From IMG/VR virus record IMGVR_UViG_3300031704_000002, positions 1-61,150 of that record: a stretch of 61,150 bases of DNA; one strand, given 5' to 3'. This document shows positions 57,218 to 61,150 of this stretch, one piece after another. Each line of letters begins with the position of its first letter. Position 1 is the first letter of the stretch. This DNA comes from a virus (Duplodnaviria > Caudoviricetes). Position numbers and translations under genes: made by a program. The notes beneath the pieces were generated by a model. It was given only the letters and a program-made list of their open reading frames with translations, made no database searches and had not been told where the DNA came from.

Positions 57218-57613
57218 TCATGCCAAGACCACCTTGACAAGAAGTTTGCTCGTTTCCCATGCTGTGATCAAGATCGACATGGGGAAGATCAGCGGCATCA
57301 TCATTAGAAACACAGTCAAAACTGCAAAACCGTTTCCAGCCCAAGTAGCAAGCCCGTGAAGAGAGGGATGCTCGATGTGGACGTCATAGAGACGAGTGAT
57401 GAAACACAAGCTGAGAGTCACAACGGTTGCAACAGCCAGAGCTAGAGCCGAGCTAGCCACGCTGGCAAAGATATCAAAAGCCATTACAACCGAGAGGTAG
57501 ACTGCAACCCCCATAACACAGGCCACAGAGATTGCCATAGCTGCACGAGCAGCAGGCTTACGGCGAAGAGTGTTCCACTTGTTGCGGAACCAGAGTTTGA
57601 TACGATTAATCAT
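57218..57613 (-). CDS. Multi-pass membrane protein
   Basis: Several hydrophobic helices; AGGA RBS. Confidence 0.65.
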   Translation of the reverse strand: MINRIKLWFRNKWNTLRRKPAARAAMAISVACVMGVAVYLSVVMAFDIFASVASSALALAVATVVTLSLCFITRLYDVHIEHPSLHGLATWAGNGFAVLTVFLMMMPLIFPMSILITAWETSKLLVKVVLA

Positions 57614-57624
57614 TGTTGTGTCCT

Positions 57625-57930
57625 TTATTTACGAGGCTTGCGGTTGGCTTTACGCAGAGGTTTAGTCTTACGTGCTTTTTGACGAGTAGAATGAGGATCG
57701 AAAGCTTTTGCTCTCTCCCCGGCCTCTGCAGTTTTAGCAGCAACCAGTTCTTCCAGTTTGGAAGACTCATCAGTGGAAGTCGAGGCGCTTTCCTCCGCCT
57801 GAGTTTCCTCTTTAGGAGCGTCCTCTTTCGTCGTCTTGAAGAACGACTTCAGAAAGTCCAGAAGCTGGGTCTGAAACTTGATTGTTTTGTCCGTAACTTT
57901 ACGAACGATTTTTTTGATGAAGTTGAACAT
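57625..57930 (-). CDS. Hypothetical protein
   Basis: AGGAG RBS; charged C-terminus. Confidence 0.6.
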   Translation of the reverse strand: MFNFIKKIVRKVTDKTIKFQTQLLDFLKSFFKTTKEDAPKEETQAEESASTSTDESSKLEELVAAKTAEAGERAKAFDPHSTRQKARKTKPLRKANRKPRK

Positions 57931-58303
57931 GTCGTGCTCCTTTTTGTATGACGACGATTGATTTTGCCCAGCATTCTAGTGCTGACTTGTTAGTTATTTT
58001 TTGGACAGAATTTAGTTTCTGCCTTTTATCGTGGTTTATGCTGCTTCGGTCTTCGAGAATACAAGAACCATCAGGGTGATCAGCCCTATGATATTCTTTG
58101 CAATACCCAGCCCAAGGAGCACACTAGCAACCCACCCAAAGGTGACGCTGACTGCGAAAGCTCCGTAGATGAGGGCGATAGCGATAGTGACACTAGCAAT
58201 AGTGCTGATGATGGCCATAGTCATAGTAATGCTCCTTGAGCTTAGTGTGTTTGACATAGTGAACAGTTTATACACATGTTCAGGTGTTAGCTTTCAAAGC
58301 CCG

Positions 58304-58558
58304 TTAAAACTGAGAAAGCTCGTAGGTCATGAGCGTGAACTCAAGAGTGTCCTTGTAAGACATATAGACTTCCCCTTCATTTGCAAAGCTGAAAGGATCA
58401 GACCCATCGTCAAACATGAGATCACAGTAGATCCCTTTCTTGTTGATGACAGTTGCGTACGCTGTAGACCTACCATCTTCTTTGATGATACCAGTGAACA
58501 ACTCTGTATCTATATCTTCGTGCTTACTGGTCCCGGTTTGGATGATCTTGAGTGGCAT
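58304..58558 (-). CDS. Hypothetical early protein
   Basis: Follows the repeated leader with GAAAGGG RBS. Confidence 0.55.
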   Translation of the reverse strand: MPLKIIQTGTSKHEDIDTELFTGIIKEDGRSTAYATVINKKGIYCDLMFDDGSDPFSFANEGEVYMSYKDTLEFTLMTYELSQF

Positions 58559-58562
58559 GGTC

Positions 58563-58639
58563 GTGCCCTTTCATTGAGCGTTGGGTTGATGAACGATGAA
58601 CTTTCGTTCATTATAGATGCTTCTTTTTTCTCACTTTTT
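58563..58639 (-). repeat. 77-bp early leader/promoter repeat (second copy 60929-61005)
   Basis: One mismatch between copies; contains TATAAT, ATGAAC-GAAA-GTTCAT hairpin and RBS. Confidence 0.88.
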
Positions 58640-58679
58640 CTCGTACGTTTTTCCACCTTGTTACATGGCAACCTTGCGG

Positions 58680-59024
58680 TCAATGTTTATCATCATCACC
58701 CGAAAACCAAACAGTGTTGCTAGGGCCTTCAACCGTATAGCTTTTTTGGCATAGCCCCTCACAAAGAAGTTTTGCAAGTTCGTTGGTTCGCTTAAGTATG
58801 TCAGCCTCACTGATCGGAAAACGTGGGTACTGGATGCGACTCACACAAAACCCAGCTTCGTCGCCATCGGTGTATATATAGTCCAAAGAGGTGACCGCAT
58901 AACAGTCACCGATCTTGTCGCAGTATTCTCGGACAATTATCTTTGCCAGCGTCACGTCACCCGCCATCCAAATTTTATGGGTGCAGGATTTGTTTGTTAG
59001 TGATGTCATTGTCTCAGTTTTCAT
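58680..59024 (-). CDS. Conserved phage hypothetical protein
   Basis: IWMAGD...YC...YIYT.G.E.G....I.YPRFP motif. Confidence 0.7.
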   Translation of the reverse strand: MKTETMTSLTNKSCTHKIWMAGDVTLAKIIVREYCDKIGDCYAVTSLDYIYTDGDEAGFCVSRIQYPRFPISEADILKRTNELAKLLCEGLCQKSYTVEGPSNTVWFSGDDDKH

Positions 59025-59851
59025 GTTGGCCTCCCAGCCACAAGATTGGGGAGATGAACAGCTTGCGCTTCGATAAAGTTTACAAAGCTTATCCGCTCCG
59101 CTCCCAGTGATGTACCGCCGCGAGTCTTGTTCCAGTGAGTCCGGGCATCGTCAGATGTGAACCATCGGCAACCGGCTTTAATCCATACTTGGTCATCCCT
59201 GACCACGCTGAAAAATTCATAGCCGTCGACGCTCGGCCCAACACGCAAAATACCATGAGCCTTACTTAGGTCGGCACCACTCAGATTAGCTTCACGCAAA
59301 TTGGCACCACTCAGATTAGCTTCACACAGATCGGCATAACGCAGATCGACATAGCTCAGATAGGCATAACGCAGATCGGCATAGTGCAGATTGGCATAGC
59401 ACAGATTAGCCTCAGTCAGATCGGCCTCATTCAGATTGGCATAGCTCAGATTGGCACCATGCAGATTGACATAGCGCAGATTGGCACCACTTAGGAGAGC
59501 ACCATGCAGATCGGCATAGCGCAGATTGGCCTCACTCAGATTGGCATAGCGCAGATTGGTCTCACGCAGATTGGCATAGCTCAGATCGGCATAGCGCAGA
59601 TTGGCACCACTTAGGAGAGCACCATGCAGATCGGCATAGCACAGATCGGCCACAGTCAAATCGGCCTCACTCAGATCGGCATACCGCAGATTGGCACCAC
59701 TTAGGAGAGCACCACTCAGATCGACGCCGTTTTCTATAGCCCATCTTACGGCCAGACCAATTTTTGCTGGGTCCGAAACGTCGTCGGTGCAGCCAAAGTT
59801 AGCTGTGAACTGGATTTCTCCGGTGTGGCGGTTTTGGATATCGTATTTCAT
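59021..59851 (-). CDS. Pentapeptide-repeat protein with C-terminal AGCR domain
   Basis: A(D/N)Lxx repeats; C-terminal DGYEFF...KAGCRWFT.DDAR.HW. Confidence 0.9.
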   Translation of the reverse strand: MKYDIQNRHTGEIQFTANFGCTDDVSDPAKIGLAVRWAIENGVDLSGALLSGANLRYADLSEADLTVADLCYADLHGALLSGANLRYADLSYANLRETNLRYANLSEANLRYADLHGALLSGANLRYVNLHGANLSYANLNEADLTEANLCYANLHYADLRYAYLSYVDLRYADLCEANLSGANLREANLSGADLSKAHGILRVGPSVDGYEFFSVVRDDQVWIKAGCRWFTSDDARTHWNKTRGGTSLGAERISFVNFIEAQAVHLPNLVAGRPT

Positions 59852-59988
59852 TTTGGCCTCCTAGCCACAAGATTGGGTTGATGAACAGTTTATACACATG
59901 TTTAGGTGTCATAATAAGACCTGACTAATCAGATCTTATTGGGTAACATCTGTGCTTCGATAAAGTTTACAAACGTTATCCGCTCCGC

Positions 59989-60642
59989 TCAAGAGTGGCC
60001 GTCGGCGCTCGGCCCAACACGCAAAATACCATGAGCTTTACTTAGATTGGCCTCACTTGGGAGAGCACCATGCAGATTGGCCCCACGCAGATTGGCCCCA
60101 CGCAGATTGGCCCCACGCAGATTGGCCCCAGTCAGATCAGCCTCACTCAGATTGGCATAGCTCAGATTGGCACCATGCAGATCGGTCTCACGCAGATTGA
60201 CAACATGCAGATTGGCACTATGCAGATTGACATAGCGCAGATTGGCATTACTTAGGAGAGCACCATGCAGATCGGCATAGCGCAGATCAACATAGCTCAG
60301 ATCGGCATAGCGCAGATTGGCATGGCGCAGATTGGCATGGCGCAGATTGGCACCATGCAGATCGGCATAGCGCAGATTGGAAACATGCAGATTGGCCTCA
60401 CGCAGATTGGCACCACTTAGGAGAGCACCATGCAGATCGGCATAGCGCAGATTGACACCACTCAGATTGGCATAGCGCAGATTGGCACCATTTAGGAGAG
60501 CACCGCTCAGATCGACGTCGTTTTCTATAGCCCATCTTACGGCCAGACCAATTTTTACTGAGTCCGAAAAGTCGTTGGCGCAGGCAAAGTCAGCCGTAAA
60601 CTGGATTTCTCCAGTGTGGCGGTTTTGGATATCGTATTTCAT
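59989..60642 (-). CDS. Pentapeptide-repeat paralog, C-terminal domain deleted
   Basis: Same N-terminus MKYDIQNRHTGEIQF; stops at VGPSADGHS; remnant of ERI.FVNFIEAQ at ~59950-59990. Confidence 0.85.
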   Translation of the reverse strand: MKYDIQNRHTGEIQFTADFACANDFSDSVKIGLAVRWAIENDVDLSGALLNGANLRYANLSGVNLRYADLHGALLSGANLREANLHVSNLRYADLHGANLRHANLRHANLRYADLSYVDLRYADLHGALLSNANLRYVNLHSANLHVVNLRETDLHGANLSYANLSEADLTGANLRGANLRGANLRGANLHGALPSEANLSKAHGILRVGPSADGHS

Positions 60643-60732
60643 GTTGGCCTCCTAGCCACAAGATTGAGCGTTGGGTTGATGAACAGTTTATACACATGTT
60701 CAGGTGTTAGCTTTCAAAGCCCGTTTATTGCT

Positions 60733-60924
60733 CTAAACCAGAGCAACAATAAATGCAACAATTGGAAACTGTGCAATTATTGCAGTAAAAGCATAAGCTA
60801 TTGGGGCTGCCCATACTGCGTTATAAACGGTTGCTCCAACAACAGTAGCAATTTTCATTGCAGCAAAGTTGATCCCAAAAGAACCTAAGATCGCAACGAA
60901 ACCAGAGATAGCAATAGCAAACAT
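60733..60924 (-). CDS. Small hydrophobic membrane protein
   Basis: 63 aa after the repeated leader; its 3' end recurs at the window edge. Confidence 0.55.
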   Translation of the reverse strand: MFAIAISGFVAILGSFGINFAAMKIATVVGATVYNAVWAAPIAYAFTAIIAQFPIVAFIVALV

Positions 60925-61023
60925 AGTTGTGCCCTTTCATTGAGCGTTGGGTTGATGAACGATGAACTTTCGTTCATTATAGATGCTTCGTTTTTCTCAC
61001 TTTTTAGTGGGCTTTTTAGCAAC

Positions 61024-61150
61024 TTGAGCGTTGGGTTGATGAACAGTTTATACACATGTTCAGGTGTTAGCTTTCAAAGCCCGTTTATTGCTCTAAACCA
61101 GAGCAACAATAAATGCAACAATTGGAAACTGTGCAATTATTGCAGTAAAA
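61024..61150. repeat. Exact 127-bp duplicate of 60664-60790
   Basis: Direct sequence comparison. Confidence 0.95.

Noticed and set aside
61024-61150. Genome terminal repeat
   Set aside because: It copies a sequence only 360 bp away, and its length of exactly 127 bp matches a common assembler k-mer, so it is probably a contig break at a local repeat.

Overview
A 61 kb piece of a lytic-type tailed dsDNA phage genome, probably a siphovirus. An alphaproteobacterial host is only an inference. Essentially all genes are on the minus strand. In transcription order (right to left): a repeat-rich early cassette region with pentapeptide-repeat genes; a T7/SP6-like single-subunit RNA polymerase split by a group I intron carrying an HNH endonuclease; a T7-like replication module (SSB, family A DNA polymerase, 5'-3' exonuclease, GIY-YIG nuclease, intein-containing primase-helicase); class II RNR, glutaredoxin and rIIA/rIIB-like genes; a mosaic accessory block; a promoter/hairpin array; terminase, tail fibre/adhesin and tail tip genes; a lysis cassette; the portal; and a partly decayed tRNA cluster. 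The main find is missing from the ORF track because it runs off the left edge: an ORF of more than 987 aa starting at 2963 that fuses a MuF (SPP1 gp7-like) minor head domain to a SECOND T7-like RNA polymerase, a candidate capsid-delivered virion RNAP. Intergenic DNA carries repeated SP6-like (TAGGTGACGTTAAAGA) and T7-like (TACGATGYGTTAAAGA) promoter motifs. Major capsid and tape measure genes are not in the window. All calls come from motif reading by eye; no searches were run.
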